Shown one piece after another: positions 1 to 7,725 of a stretch of 8,621 nucleotides of DNA; position 1 is the stretch's first letter, and every line of letters starts with the position of its first letter. The notes under the pieces were generated by a model. That model did not search any database. It was not told the origin of the DNA and saw only the letters and a program-made list of their open reading frames with translations. This DNA is from Tubiluchus corallicola (Eukaryota; Animalia; Priapulida). The stretch lies in NCBI GenBank assembly GCA_030141605.1, contig JAQGDQ010002526.1, forward strand, positions 1 through 8,621, in the 5' to 3' direction. The position numbers and the translations under genes are program-made.

Positions 1-87
1 GGGAAAAGGAAGAGGTAATTGATGGGAACATTGCTGGAGTAGGGTAGGTGCTGTCTTTATTTCTTGTATTTATTTGTCAAAGCTTTT

Positions 88-1104
88 ATGCTAAATCTTT
101 ACCACCATGTTTCGTTGCTGGGGAAAACAACCTTCAATATTCGCCAGAATGCAGATTTTTTTCTTGAGTTTGATGACAGTCTTGAGCTTATCAATTTTTT
201 GTCTGACAAGTGTAGCGGCACCTATTCAAGGTGCTTAGTTATGGGCTCAGGAAGCAACCTGTTGTTTACACGTGATTTTCATGGGTTGATTATTAGGCCG
301 ATGATCGAAGGGGTTGTTGTAGTGAAGGAGGATGAGCGGTTTGTTTGGGTCGAAGCAGGAGCGGGTGTTATCTGGGATAGTTTTGTTAAAGGATGTGTGT
401 TAAACGGTTGGTGGGGCATTGAAAATCTTTCTTATATTCCTGGGACGGTTGGGGCTGCCCCTGTTCAAAATATTGGGGCTTATGGAGTGGAGGTCGGCTC
501 AGTTATCGAGGCTGTAAGAGGGGTAAGTTTAAAAGAGCTTGCAGTTAAGGAGCTTCCTGGAGAGGAGTGCTGTTTTTCTTACCGTGACAGTATTTTTAAA
601 GCTGGATTGAAAGACGAATTTGTTATTACATCTGTCATTTTCAGGTTATCTAAGGTTCCAAATCCTTGTTTAGATTATGAAGGTTTGAAAAGGGAGGTGG
701 AGGGATTTGGAGAGGTGTCTTTGTGCAGTATAAGAGATGCAGTCGTTGACATACGCAAGTCGAAGCTCCCTGATTTTGATACGGTGGGTAGTGCTGGGAG
801 TTTTTTCAAAAATCCAACGATAAGTACGAGTCACGCTAGTAGTCTCAGGGATAAGTATCCTCATATTCCGTTGTATTATGTTGGAGAAAACGGTGTGAAG
901 GTAGCGGCAGGATGGCTGATAGAGCAGACTGGCTGGAAGGGGAAAGCACTGGGTGATGCTGCTGTTCATGACAAGCAGGCTTTGATCTTAGTCAACAGAG
1001 GGGGAGCAACGGGGAAAGAGATATTTGAGCTATCGGAACGCATAAGAGGTGATGTGCTGAGGAAGTTTGAGATAGAGCTGGAAAGGGAGGTAAGTGTTGT
1101 TTGA
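88..1104 (+). CDS. murB: UDP-N-acetylenolpyruvoylglucosamine reductase (UDP-N-acetylmuramate dehydrogenase)
   Basis: Motifs GSGSNLL (FAD), GIENLSYIPGTVGAAPVQNIGAYG, YRDS, GSAGSFFKNP, HDKQALILVN and C-terminal ELEREV. ATG at 88 (MLNLYHHVSL..TTF) fits the usual MurB N-terminus better than the TTG at 64. Confidence 0.97.
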   Translation: MLNLYHHVSLLGKTTFNIRQNADFFLEFDDSLELINFLSDKCSGTYSRCLVMGSGSNLLFTRDFHGLIIRPMIEGVVVVKEDERFVWVEAGAGVIWDSFVKGCVLNGWWGIENLSYIPGTVGAAPVQNIGAYGVEVGSVIEAVRGVSLKELAVKELPGEECCFSYRDSIFKAGLKDEFVITSVIFRLSKVPNPCLDYEGLKREVEGFGEVSLCSIRDAVVDIRKSKLPDFDTVGSAGSFFKNPTISTSHASSLRDKYPHIPLYYVGENGVKVAAGWLIEQTGWKGKALGDAAVHDKQALILVNRGGATGKEIFELSERIRGDVLRKFEIELEREVSVV

Positions 1105-1138
1105 CCTATTTATGGTTAGAAAAAGAGAGTAAGGTCCA

Positions 1139-2200
1139 CTACCTTTTTATACTATTCTTGTTGAGAGCATTATGATATTTTTTTGTGTTGCGTGAGTGTT
1201 GTGCGGCTGTTACGGCAAAGTTATGGTATCCGGAAAAGTCTTCTCTTGCGCAAAAGTACATGTATTTATGGTGTTCAAAGTTTAATACTGAATCAATGCT
1301 TGAGATGTCGGGGAGGTTGATTGGGCCTGGTGGTAATCCTGAGTGCTTATATGTGTTGTAGGGAGAGTCTATATTGAGGTCTTTGTACAGAATGCGTTTT
1401 ATGGAAAAGTCACCGATAGCAAATTTTATGGTTGGGTCAGCGCCTAAGGGCCACCCTTTTTTCAATCTGTTGATATAGACACCTGCGATCCTGCATTTTT
1501 CAGATTCTTTCACAGTTTCTTCCTGAACAATTGATGCGATAATGGTCACTTCTAAAGGTGTGAACCCAATCTTGCTAGCTTTTTTTGCACGTTCTTCAGA
1601 CCAGAATTGAGTATATTCTGTTTTCATTCTATCTACAAATTTTTTGGGTTTTGTGGTCCAATAGAATTCATAGGTATTGGGTATGAACATAGCGGGAAAA
1701 GATTCTGTGGAGAATCCATATTCTTTTGCGGTTTCGGGGCTCAGCAAAATTTCAGAGAATGCTGATGAGTCGGCTTGGAAGTATTTTGATAAGCGCCCTG
1801 AGAGGGATTCGAGTAACCTTATATTGTTAAATGTTACTTTTATTGGCACCTGTTCGCCTGATCTAAGTACATTAATAAGTTTATTGTTGTTCCAACCCTT
1901 TTCAAGTTTATATGCTCCGGGCTTAACCATGTCAGGGTATTTTTTTTTGTTTGCTACCCAGTTAACGGTTTTGGCTTTTTTTAGGAAGTCACCTGCCGTT
2001 AAAGTATCTAGCACTTGTTGGTATGATGCGTTGTCGGTAATATAGATAATACCATCTTTTTTCACGTTTGGGTGGAATACAGATTTATACAGGCCATAGA
2101 CATAGTATAGAGCGATAGCAGCGCTTATCCCCAATATAAGAGCAGTCCCCCGAACAAGTCTCGGAAAAACTAATGGACGGTTTTTCTGTTTTATCCCCAT
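1139..2200 (-). CDS. mltG: Endolytic transglycosylase MltG (YceG family)
   Basis: Single N-terminal TM helix, ASIVQEET (catalytic Glu), IAGVYINRL..GWPLGADPT, SPYNTY..GLPPGPI, YMYFCA. Confidence 0.96.
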   Translation of the reverse strand: MGIKQKNRPLVFPRLVRGTALILGISAAIALYYVYGLYKSVFHPNVKKDGIIYITDNASYQQVLDTLTAGDFLKKAKTVNWVANKKKYPDMVKPGAYKLEKGWNNNKLINVLRSGEQVPIKVTFNNIRLLESLSGRLSKYFQADSSAFSEILLSPETAKEYGFSTESFPAMFIPNTYEFYWTTKPKKFVDRMKTEYTQFWSEERAKKASKIGFTPLEVTIIASIVQEETVKESEKCRIAGVYINRLKKGWPLGADPTIKFAIGDFSIKRILYKDLNIDSPYNTYKHSGLPPGPINLPDISSIDSVLNFEHHKYMYFCAREDFSGYHNFAVTAAQHSRNTKKYHNALNKNSIKR

Positions 2201-2217
2201 AACAAAATTATTTTACG

Positions 2218-2247
2218 CAAAGTTAGCAATACCTCAAATAACACAAA
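2218..2247 (-). promoter_or_regulatory. Bacteroidota sigma-A type promoter of mltG
   Basis: Minus strand TAACTTTG (2225-2218) is an exact TAnnTTTG -7 element. TTTG (2247-2244) lies 18 nt upstream. The -7 element ends 17 nt before the mltG ATG. Confidence 0.7.
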
Positions 2248-2297
2248 ACAGGCTGGTAAAAGTTAAGAGGTGGGGGTGCAAAGTGGTAGTTTTCAAG

Positions 2298-2348
2298 GAG
2301 ACTTTTTAAGAAAATATTTAACAAAAAGGTAAGTTTTGCAAAGGTTCC
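2298..2348 (-). repeat. Half/truncated copy (inverted orientation) of the TTTGCAAA-ended repeat element
   Basis: Reverse complement GGAACCTTTGCAAAACTTACCTTTTTGTTAAATATTTTCTTAAAAAGTCTC aligns to the first ~49 nt of the 7726 copy (GAGACTTTTGCAAGAGTTAATATTTTTGTTAAAATCTTCTTTAAAGTCT). Confidence 0.75.
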
Positions 2349-2393
2349 ATATTTTCCATTTACCTTTAAAAGCATTAATTTAAATGAGGAAGG

Positions 2394-3119
2394 ATGAGTA
2401 AGAGTAAAGTTGCTTTGGTTACTGGTAGTGCCAAGCGTATTGGTAATGCTATTTCCCGCTACCTGGCAAGCAAGGGTTGGGATCTGGCTTTACACTACAA
2501 CACTTCGCGCGAAAAGGTGCAGGTGTTGGAGAAGGAGTTAAAGATGTCTTTCCCTGATAATAGTTTTAGGCTGCTAAGGGCTGATTTTAGTAAGGTTTCT
2601 GAGGTAGAGAACCTTATTTCAAGTGTTATGGACATGTTTGGTGGCCTTAACCTTTTAGTAAATAATGCATCAATATTTGAAGAGGGCTGCATCAAAGATA
2701 CCAGTATGGATATGCTTGAGAGACATATCGGTATAAATTTCTGCTCTCCTTTTATTCTCTCCAGGGATTATGTGAAGTATTCGAACGAAGGCGTTATAGT
2801 TAACTTTTTAGATACCCGAGTAACAAGCAATGAGTGCAACTATGCCATTTATACCCTTTCAAAAAAGCTGTTGTGGGAACTTACAAAGATGTCAGCTCTT
2901 GAGTTTGCACCAAGTTTCAGGGTTAATGCAATAGCTCCTGGGCTTATTCTCCCACAGGAGCATAAGCCGGAAGGTTTTGAAAAGAAGATAGAGGGTGTGC
3001 CATTGAAGAGGGCCGCAGGTCTTTTACCTGTAGTAAAGAGCCTGGAGTATATACTGGATAATGATGATTTGACAGGACAGATTCTATTTTGTGACAGTGG
3101 CAAGCAGCTACTTACTTAG
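2394..3119 (+). CDS. Short-chain dehydrogenase/reductase, pteridine reductase/FolM-like
   Basis: TGSAKRIG Rossmann motif with the PTR1/FolM-type Arg, LHYNTS, LVNNAS, catalytic YxxxK (YTLSK), RVNAIAPG. Substrate is inferred. Confidence 0.85.
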   Translation: MSKSKVALVTGSAKRIGNAISRYLASKGWDLALHYNTSREKVQVLEKELKMSFPDNSFRLLRADFSKVSEVENLISSVMDMFGGLNLLVNNASIFEEGCIKDTSMDMLERHIGINFCSPFILSRDYVKYSNEGVIVNFLDTRVTSNECNYAIYTLSKKLLWELTKMSALEFAPSFRVNAIAPGLILPQEHKPEGFEKKIEGVPLKRAAGLLPVVKSLEYILDNDDLTGQILFCDSGKQLLT

Positions 3120-3125
3120 TAAGGA

Positions 3126-3168
3126 CATCGCCCTGCTATAGGATGTTTAACCATAAAGCAGAGCGATG
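3126..3168. terminator. Stem-loop between convergent SDR and oxidoreductase genes, probable bidirectional terminator
   Basis: CATCGCCCTGCT (3126-3137) pairs with AGCAGAGCGATG (3157-3168) at 11/12. The mismatch is a G-U pair on the minus strand. Followed by CTTTGTGT on +. U-tracts are weak. Confidence 0.6.
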
Positions 3169-3190
3169 CTTTGTGTCAATCAGTATCAGC

Positions 3191-4549
3191 TTAATATTTA
3201 AATACTTTGCCTCCCGCCAGGACTTCCTGATTTTTTCTGTCAAATGTAACAAACTGTCCTGTTCTCAAGGCTGCAGTTGTCATTATATTGGCGATAGAGT
3301 GGTTATATCCCGACTCGACAGAAGCATTAGGGGTTTTACGGCTTCTTATACACTCCATCCAGTTTAGCATGTGTAGAGTTGTGGTGTTGTCTGCACCTGT
3401 ATTGGCTGATGTTACAACTTTAACATTGCTATCGGATAGGGAGTACTCTTCCAGTAGGTTGGGTTTAATGTTCATTCTTGAGGCATGTTTTTCTGTTAGC
3501 CCTCCACTGGGAGTTACCATATTGGTTTGCAAATTGAGTTCACCCCCATTAGAGTAGTATATTTCTTTTATTCCTCCCGCTGAATTTGTAAACCTTGATG
3601 AGTATAGAACCTGAAATCCCTTAGAGTTGTCATTGAATGAGCCATAGTCGAATACTGCTGTCATGGTGTCATTGTTTTTGCGGCCATCCTTCCAAAGATA
3701 TATGCCACCATTAGCAGCTACACTACGTGGATGAGGAAGATCGGCAAACCAGTGTACTGTGTCTATCTGGTGTGCCATCCACTGTCCAGGTATACCTGAA
3801 GAGTATGGCCAGAATAGACGGTATTCACAGTATTTTCTTGGGTCCCATTTTTCATATGGTCTATTTAAAAGGAAGCGTTTCCAGTCAGTATCTTTCTCTC
3901 TTATTTCTTTAATAAGGTTTGGTAGCCTCCACCTACCTGGCTGGTTTACATTCCACGTCATTTCAACCATAACAATGTCTCCGAATTTGCCAGACTTAAT
4001 GTATTCGTTTGCAGCGTGGTAATTTCTGCCACTTCTACGTTGCGACCCTATTTGTACAATAATTCCAGATTTTTTTACTGCTTCTAACGCTTTCCTGTTG
4101 TCTTCCATCGTTTCGGCAAATGGTTTTTCAACAAAAGCGTCCTTTTTCGCTTCTGCTGCTTCAACAGTGTGCAATGCATGTGCAAAGTCGGGCGTAGATA
4201 TAATTACTGCATCAATGTTCTTGTCGTCATACAGTTCATCGTTGTTACGGTAAGCTTTGATTTTATGCCCGACTTTGTTTTCAATATTTTCTTTACCTTC
4301 CGCTCTTCGACGCTTCCACAGGTCTGATACACCTATTATATCAAAGTTTTGCTGTTTGCTGTGTTTCAGGAGGGATGGAATGAGTGAGCCTTTGGCTCTA
4401 TTTGAAAAACCTACTATACCAACGTTTACACGATCGTTAGCTCCTATAATCCGTCCATAACTTTTAGCACTCATCCCCACTGTTAACCCTGTAGCCCCAA
4501 TGGCTGCTTTTTTTACAAAGCTTCTTCTATTTTCAGTCTGTTTGTCCAT
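3191..4549 (-). CDS. Gfo/Idh/MocA family oxidoreductase with twin-arginine (Tat) signal
   Basis: N-terminal NRRSFVKKAA plus hydrophobic segment, GANDRVNVGIVG, DAVIISTPDFAH, AFVEKP, VQIGSQRRS, QWMAHQID. Confidence 0.95.
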   Translation of the reverse strand: MDKQTENRRSFVKKAAIGATGLTVGMSAKSYGRIIGANDRVNVGIVGFSNRAKGSLIPSLLKHSKQQNFDIIGVSDLWKRRRAEGKENIENKVGHKIKAYRNNDELYDDKNIDAVIISTPDFAHALHTVEAAEAKKDAFVEKPFAETMEDNRKALEAVKKSGIIVQIGSQRRSGRNYHAANEYIKSGKFGDIVMVEMTWNVNQPGRWRLPNLIKEIREKDTDWKRFLLNRPYEKWDPRKYCEYRLFWPYSSGIPGQWMAHQIDTVHWFADLPHPRSVAANGGIYLWKDGRKNNDTMTAVFDYGSFNDNSKGFQVLYSSRFTNSAGGIKEIYYSNGGELNLQTNMVTPSGGLTEKHASRMNIKPNLLEEYSLSDSNVKVVTSANTGADNTTTLHMLNWMECIRSRKTPNASVESGYNHSIANIMTTAALRTGQFVTFDRKNQEVLAGGKVFKY

Positions 4550-4632
4550 TGTTATTATTGATTTAATTTGAAATATTAAAAGTATTTATTTGAGTTAAAA
4601 ATTTAAAGTTGGCATACTGAGATGTCTGTGAG

Positions 4633-4657
4633 TTTTGATTATGTAAAGTAATCAAAA
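4633..4657. promoter_or_regulatory. Perfect 9-bp inverted repeat upstream of the oxidoreductase (operator or hairpin)
   Basis: TTTTGATTA-tgtaaag-TAATCAAAA, ~85-110 nt upstream of the start at 4549. Function is inferred. Confidence 0.4.
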
Positions 4658-4711
4658 TATTTTATGTTTTTAAACTTTCACATGCGTTAATTTGTGACCG
4701 TAATCAGCTAT

Positions 4712-4837
4712 GAGATCTTTGCAAGATCCATTTTCCTATCGGTATGTTTGTTAGAATTCTCATTTATACTGATAAGATGTGATTTTTCATCGATTTTTTT
4801 CAGTTTTAACTAAGGTGTTTTGCCATACAAATGTTTC
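4712..4837 (+). repeat. Degenerate copy of the TTTGCAAA-ended MITE-like element
   Basis: Left end GAGATCTTTGCAAG. About 57/91 aligned columns are identical to the 6620 copy with one gap, and ~25 of 33 substitutions are transitions. Shares TGATTTTTCATCGATTTTTTT. Right end is eroded (TTTGC-catac-AAATGTTTC), so the boundary is uncertain. Confidence 0.65.
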
Positions 4838-4880
4838 TGTTTTGATTTTCATGTCTGATTTAGTTTTTGTGCAACTGAAG

Positions 4881-6542
4881 TTACCAAAAATATATGTAAA
4901 ATAGTATAGTAATTGTGATAATGATAATAGAGTTGATAATATCCCATTTTCCCCAGCTTGCACGTGTTTCTGCAATCTGCTCAGGCGATGCCGATTTCAG
5001 CGTTAACCCCTTTATGCTTTTTTCATCTGCCTGTTTTGTGAAGTAGCTAATGATGATCATGGCTGCAATTACAATAAAAAATAGATATATTTCATAGTGC
5101 AGCCAGTTGGGGGCAATGAACAGTCTGTACAGTATATTATCCTGTCCTATCTGTTCTGCAAATATTTTTAATACCAGGCGTGACATTCCAAGTACGAAGC
5201 CAATTACGAGCCCATAAAATCCGGCCTTAGGTGTTGTTCTTTTCGTAAGTATCCCAAGCAAAAAGACGGCAGCTATTCCAGGAGCTAATAGAGACTGGAC
5301 ATCCTGAAGGTATTCATATAGTACTTTTCCCAGTCCTTTCATAACCGGAATCCACATTATACCCAGACACACAATAATAATTGTAGCTATCCTTCCTACG
5401 AATACATAGTGTTTTTCAGATAATTCAGGTCTGTATTTTTTGTAAAAATCAACGGTAAATAGCATTGAGGAGGAGTTAAAGAGTGATGCTAGCGAACTCA
5501 TTAATGCTGCGAGTATTCCTCCTACAACAATACCCTTAAACCCTGCTGGTAACAGCTCTTTTACTAGTGTGGAAAAGGCAGCATCATTTGAGTGTAGATT
5601 TATCATTCCTTTTTGATGCATTGTGTATGCAATCATTCCAGGTATCAGAAATATAAATATGGGTGTTATTTTTAGGTAAGCTCCAAAGATGGCCCCTCTT
5701 CGTGATTGTTTTTGATCACGCCCCGCAAGCACCCGCTGTACTATAAACTGATCTGTACACCAATACCAAAATCCTATAATTGCCGACCCCAGCAAGATAC
5801 CTGTCCATGGGAAATCCGGGTCTTTTGATGAGCGCATAAGGCTGGTCATTGGGTCGCCATGTTCCGATATGTTGGCGCGACAGACCTCCATCATTTCTCC
5901 CCATCCACCTATTTTTGTCAACCCAATTATCAGTACCATTAAAGATCCTATAAGGAGCACGGGAGTTTGTAGCATTGAAGTATACAGCACTGCTTTCATT
6001 CCTCCAAAGGTAGTATACAGCCCTGTAAGCACAACGAGTCCTATTGCGCTAATCCAGAAAAAGTCGATTTCCACACTTCCAAATCTTATAGCATCGATGT
6101 TAAATATGTCTTTAAACACTACTCCACCAGCATATACAGTAACAGCTACTTTGGTAAGTACATAGCTTACTAATGATATTATGGAAAGGAACGACCTTGA
6201 CTGGGCATTATATCTTTTTTCGAGAAATTCGGGTATGGTAAATACTTTACTCCTGGAGTAGAATGGCACAAAAAGCCATCCCAGTATCAGAATAAGCCAT
6301 CCGTGCATCTCCCAGTGAGCCATTGCCATTCCACTTTCGGCTCCTGCTCCTGCTAATCCTACTAAGTGCTCCGATCCAATGTTGGATGCAAAGATGGAGG
6401 CTCCTATAGCAATCCACGTGGCGTCGCGTCCAGCAAGAAAATAGTCTGTAGTGTTATCCTCTTTTTGTCTCAGAACCCAAATAATTATTCCTATAAGGGC
6501 AAGTATAAAAAGGCTCAAAATACTCCAGTCAAGAGCGCTCAT
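4881..6542 (-). CDS. Sodium:solute symporter (SLC5/SSS; SGLT-like sugar transporter)
   Basis: DYFLAGR, ASNIGSEHLVGLAG, TIPEFLEKRY, WYWCTDQFIVQR, LAALMSSLASLFNSSS, and about 14 hydrophobic segments. Confidence 0.96.
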   Translation of the reverse strand: MSALDWSILSLFILALIGIIIWVLRQKEDNTTDYFLAGRDATWIAIGASIFASNIGSEHLVGLAGAGAESGMAMAHWEMHGWLILILGWLFVPFYSRSKVFTIPEFLEKRYNAQSRSFLSIISLVSYVLTKVAVTVYAGGVVFKDIFNIDAIRFGSVEIDFFWISAIGLVVLTGLYTTFGGMKAVLYTSMLQTPVLLIGSLMVLIIGLTKIGGWGEMMEVCRANISEHGDPMTSLMRSSKDPDFPWTGILLGSAIIGFWYWCTDQFIVQRVLAGRDQKQSRRGAIFGAYLKITPIFIFLIPGMIAYTMHQKGMINLHSNDAAFSTLVKELLPAGFKGIVVGGILAALMSSLASLFNSSSMLFTVDFYKKYRPELSEKHYVFVGRIATIIIVCLGIMWIPVMKGLGKVLYEYLQDVQSLLAPGIAAVFLLGILTKRTTPKAGFYGLVIGFVLGMSRLVLKIFAEQIGQDNILYRLFIAPNWLHYEIYLFFIVIAAMIIISYFTKQADEKSIKGLTLKSASPEQIAETRASWGKWDIINSIIIITITILFYIYFW

Positions 6543-6545
6543 AGT

Positions 6546-6575
6546 AGGTTATAGTTCATAAGGTTATAGTTCATA
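6546..6575. repeat. Perfect 15-bp tandem duplication immediately upstream of the symporter start
   Basis: AGGTTATAGTTCATA at 6546-6560 and 6561-6575. Confidence 0.95.
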
Positions 6576-6619
6576 ATACTTGCTATACTGTCAAGCAAGG
6601 TGTCAGTTATTCACATTTT

Positions 6620-6735
6620 GAGGGCTTTGCAAAATCTCATCTTTTTATTAAAGTTTTCTTTAAAGGCTTAATTCACGTCAGTAAATTATGGTTTTTAATT
6701 GATTTTTTTAGAATAACTCGCTTTGCAAAGGTTTC
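6620..6735 (+). mobile_element. MITE-like element, 116 bp, with 14-bp terminal inverted repeats
   Basis: Left GAGGGCTTTGCAAA and right TTTGCAAAGGTTTC (11/14 inverted match). First 75 nt are 57/75 identical, ungapped, to 7726-7800. No coding capacity and no visible target-site duplication. Mobility is inferred. Confidence 0.75.
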
Positions 6736-6777
6736 ATACCATATTGTCATATTACACAAATATCGAAAGTTTATTTT

Positions 6778-6913
6778 TAAAGCTTTGCAATATTTGTCTT
6801 TTTATTATTTTTTGTCATTTTTTTTTCAAGATCTTCATTTATATCAGTAAGCTATGGCTTTTTTGCAGATTATTTTTTGGCCTAACCCGATTTTTTAGTT
6901 TAGTAAAGGTGCC
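6778..6913 (+). repeat. Degenerate ~136-bp copy of the same element, 42 bp downstream of the 6620 copy
   Basis: CTTTGCAA..TCTTTTTATTA matches the 6620 copy. Core CTTCATTTATATCAGTAAGCTATGGCTTTT compares with CTTAATTCACGTCAGTAAATTATGGTTTTT. Right end TTAGTAAAGGTGCCA matches TTTGCAAAGGTTTCA at 11/15. Confidence 0.7.
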
Positions 6914-6940
6914 ATTGCATGTTATTGTCTTCAAAAAGAT

Positions 6941-6948
6941 TATATTTG
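6941..6948 (+). promoter_or_regulatory. Putative -7 promoter element of rubrerythrin
   Basis: TATATTTG is an exact TAnnTTTG match, ~75 nt upstream of the GTG start. Confidence 0.55.
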
Positions 6949-6973
6949 ATTTGGAGGAGTTTTTTTTAAATGA

Positions 6974-6988
6974 GTATAATTATTGTAG
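6974..6988. promoter_or_regulatory. PerR/Fur-box-like 7-1-7 site
   Basis: GTATAATTATTGTAG matches the Bacillus Per box TTATAATnATTATAA at 11/14 and lies between the promoter and start of a peroxide-defence gene. Confidence 0.4.
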
Positions 6989-7022
6989 TTTTATTGCTTA
7001 CTAAACAAAATCTATTAACCAA

Positions 7023-7598
7023 GTGAAAAGTATTAAAGGGACACAAACTGAGCAGAGCCTGCTTAAAGCTTTTGCAGGCGAGTCTCAAGCCAGAATGCGT
7101 TACGAATATTTTGCCAAGCAGGCAAGGAAAGATGGTTTTGAACAGATTGCTGCTGTTTTTGAAGAGACTGCGGCAAATGAGAAGGAGCATGCAAAAAGAT
7201 TTTTCAAGTTTCTTGAAGGGGGTATGGTGGAGATTTCTGCCTCTTATCCAGCTGGGGTAATAGGGACAACACTGGAAAATCTTAAAAGTGCTGCTGATGG
7301 AGAAAATGAGGAGTGGTCAGAGTTGTACCCTATGTTTGCAAAGATTGCGGAGGATGAGGGGTTTAAGGAGGTTGCTGTGGCATTCAAGATGATTGCTGCT
7401 GTGGAGAAGGCGCACGAGGAGAGGTATCGCATAATGTACAATAATGTTGAGACTGGCAGGGTGTTTGAGAAAGATGATGATGTAGTTTGGAAGTGTCGTA
7501 AGTGTGGCTTTCTTCATCAGTCAACCAAGGCTCCACAAAAGTGCCCTGCTTGCTTACATTCTCAATCTTATTTTGAGGTTAAAGAGAATAATTACTAG
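7023..7598 (+). CDS. rbr: Rubrerythrin (di-iron four-helix bundle plus C-terminal rubredoxin-like domain)
   Basis: GTG start, [36 protein letters not shown]-terminal CRKC...CPAC. Confidence 0.97.
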   Translation: MKSIKGTQTEQSLLKAFAGESQARMRYEYFAKQARKDGFEQIAAVFEETAANEKEHAKRFFKFLEGGMVEISASYPAGVIGTTLENLKSAADGENEEWSELYPMFAKIAEDEGFKEVAVAFKMIAAVEKAHEERYRIMYNNVETGRVFEKDDDVVWKCRKCGFLHQSTKAPQKCPACLHSQSYFEVKENNY

Positions 7599-7639
7599 CC
7601 TGTTCACTCTTGCTTTTTTAGTTGAGCACAGGCTAGTAA
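7592..7639. terminator. Stem-loop overlapping the rubrerythrin stop codon
   Basis: Perfect 12-bp stem TTACTAGCCTGT (7592-7603) / ACAGGCTAGTAA (7628-7639) between convergent genes. The T-rich tail is on the minus strand only. Confidence 0.55.
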
Positions 7640-7725
7640 GCTATATTCAGTCGATATGCGGGAGGTGTCATTATCTTTCGTGATATTCCCCACATTTGCA
7701 GTGTGAGACCTTTTTTGCACAATTC

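Noticed and set aside
3-47. Possible 3' end of an upstream gene (EKEEVIDGNIAGVG*)
   Set aside because: Too short to distinguish from chance at the window edge.
1103-1137. Terminator between convergent murB and mltG
   Set aside because: Only a 5-bp GACCT/AGGTC stem with a long loop; not convincing.
6620-6913. TTTGCAAA repeats as a CRISPR array
   Set aside because: Repeats are inverted, irregularly spaced and have homologous interiors. No cas genes are present.
6723-7004. 93-aa F/I/L-rich ORF
   Set aside because: TTG start inside a TIR. It translates T-rich repeat and promoter DNA, so the hydrophobicity is a composition artefact.
7334-7343. TTTGCAAAGA inside rubrerythrin (similar TTTGCAAA near 3526)
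   Set aside because: Explained by codons (Phe-Ala-Lys in rbr), with no flanking similarity to the element.
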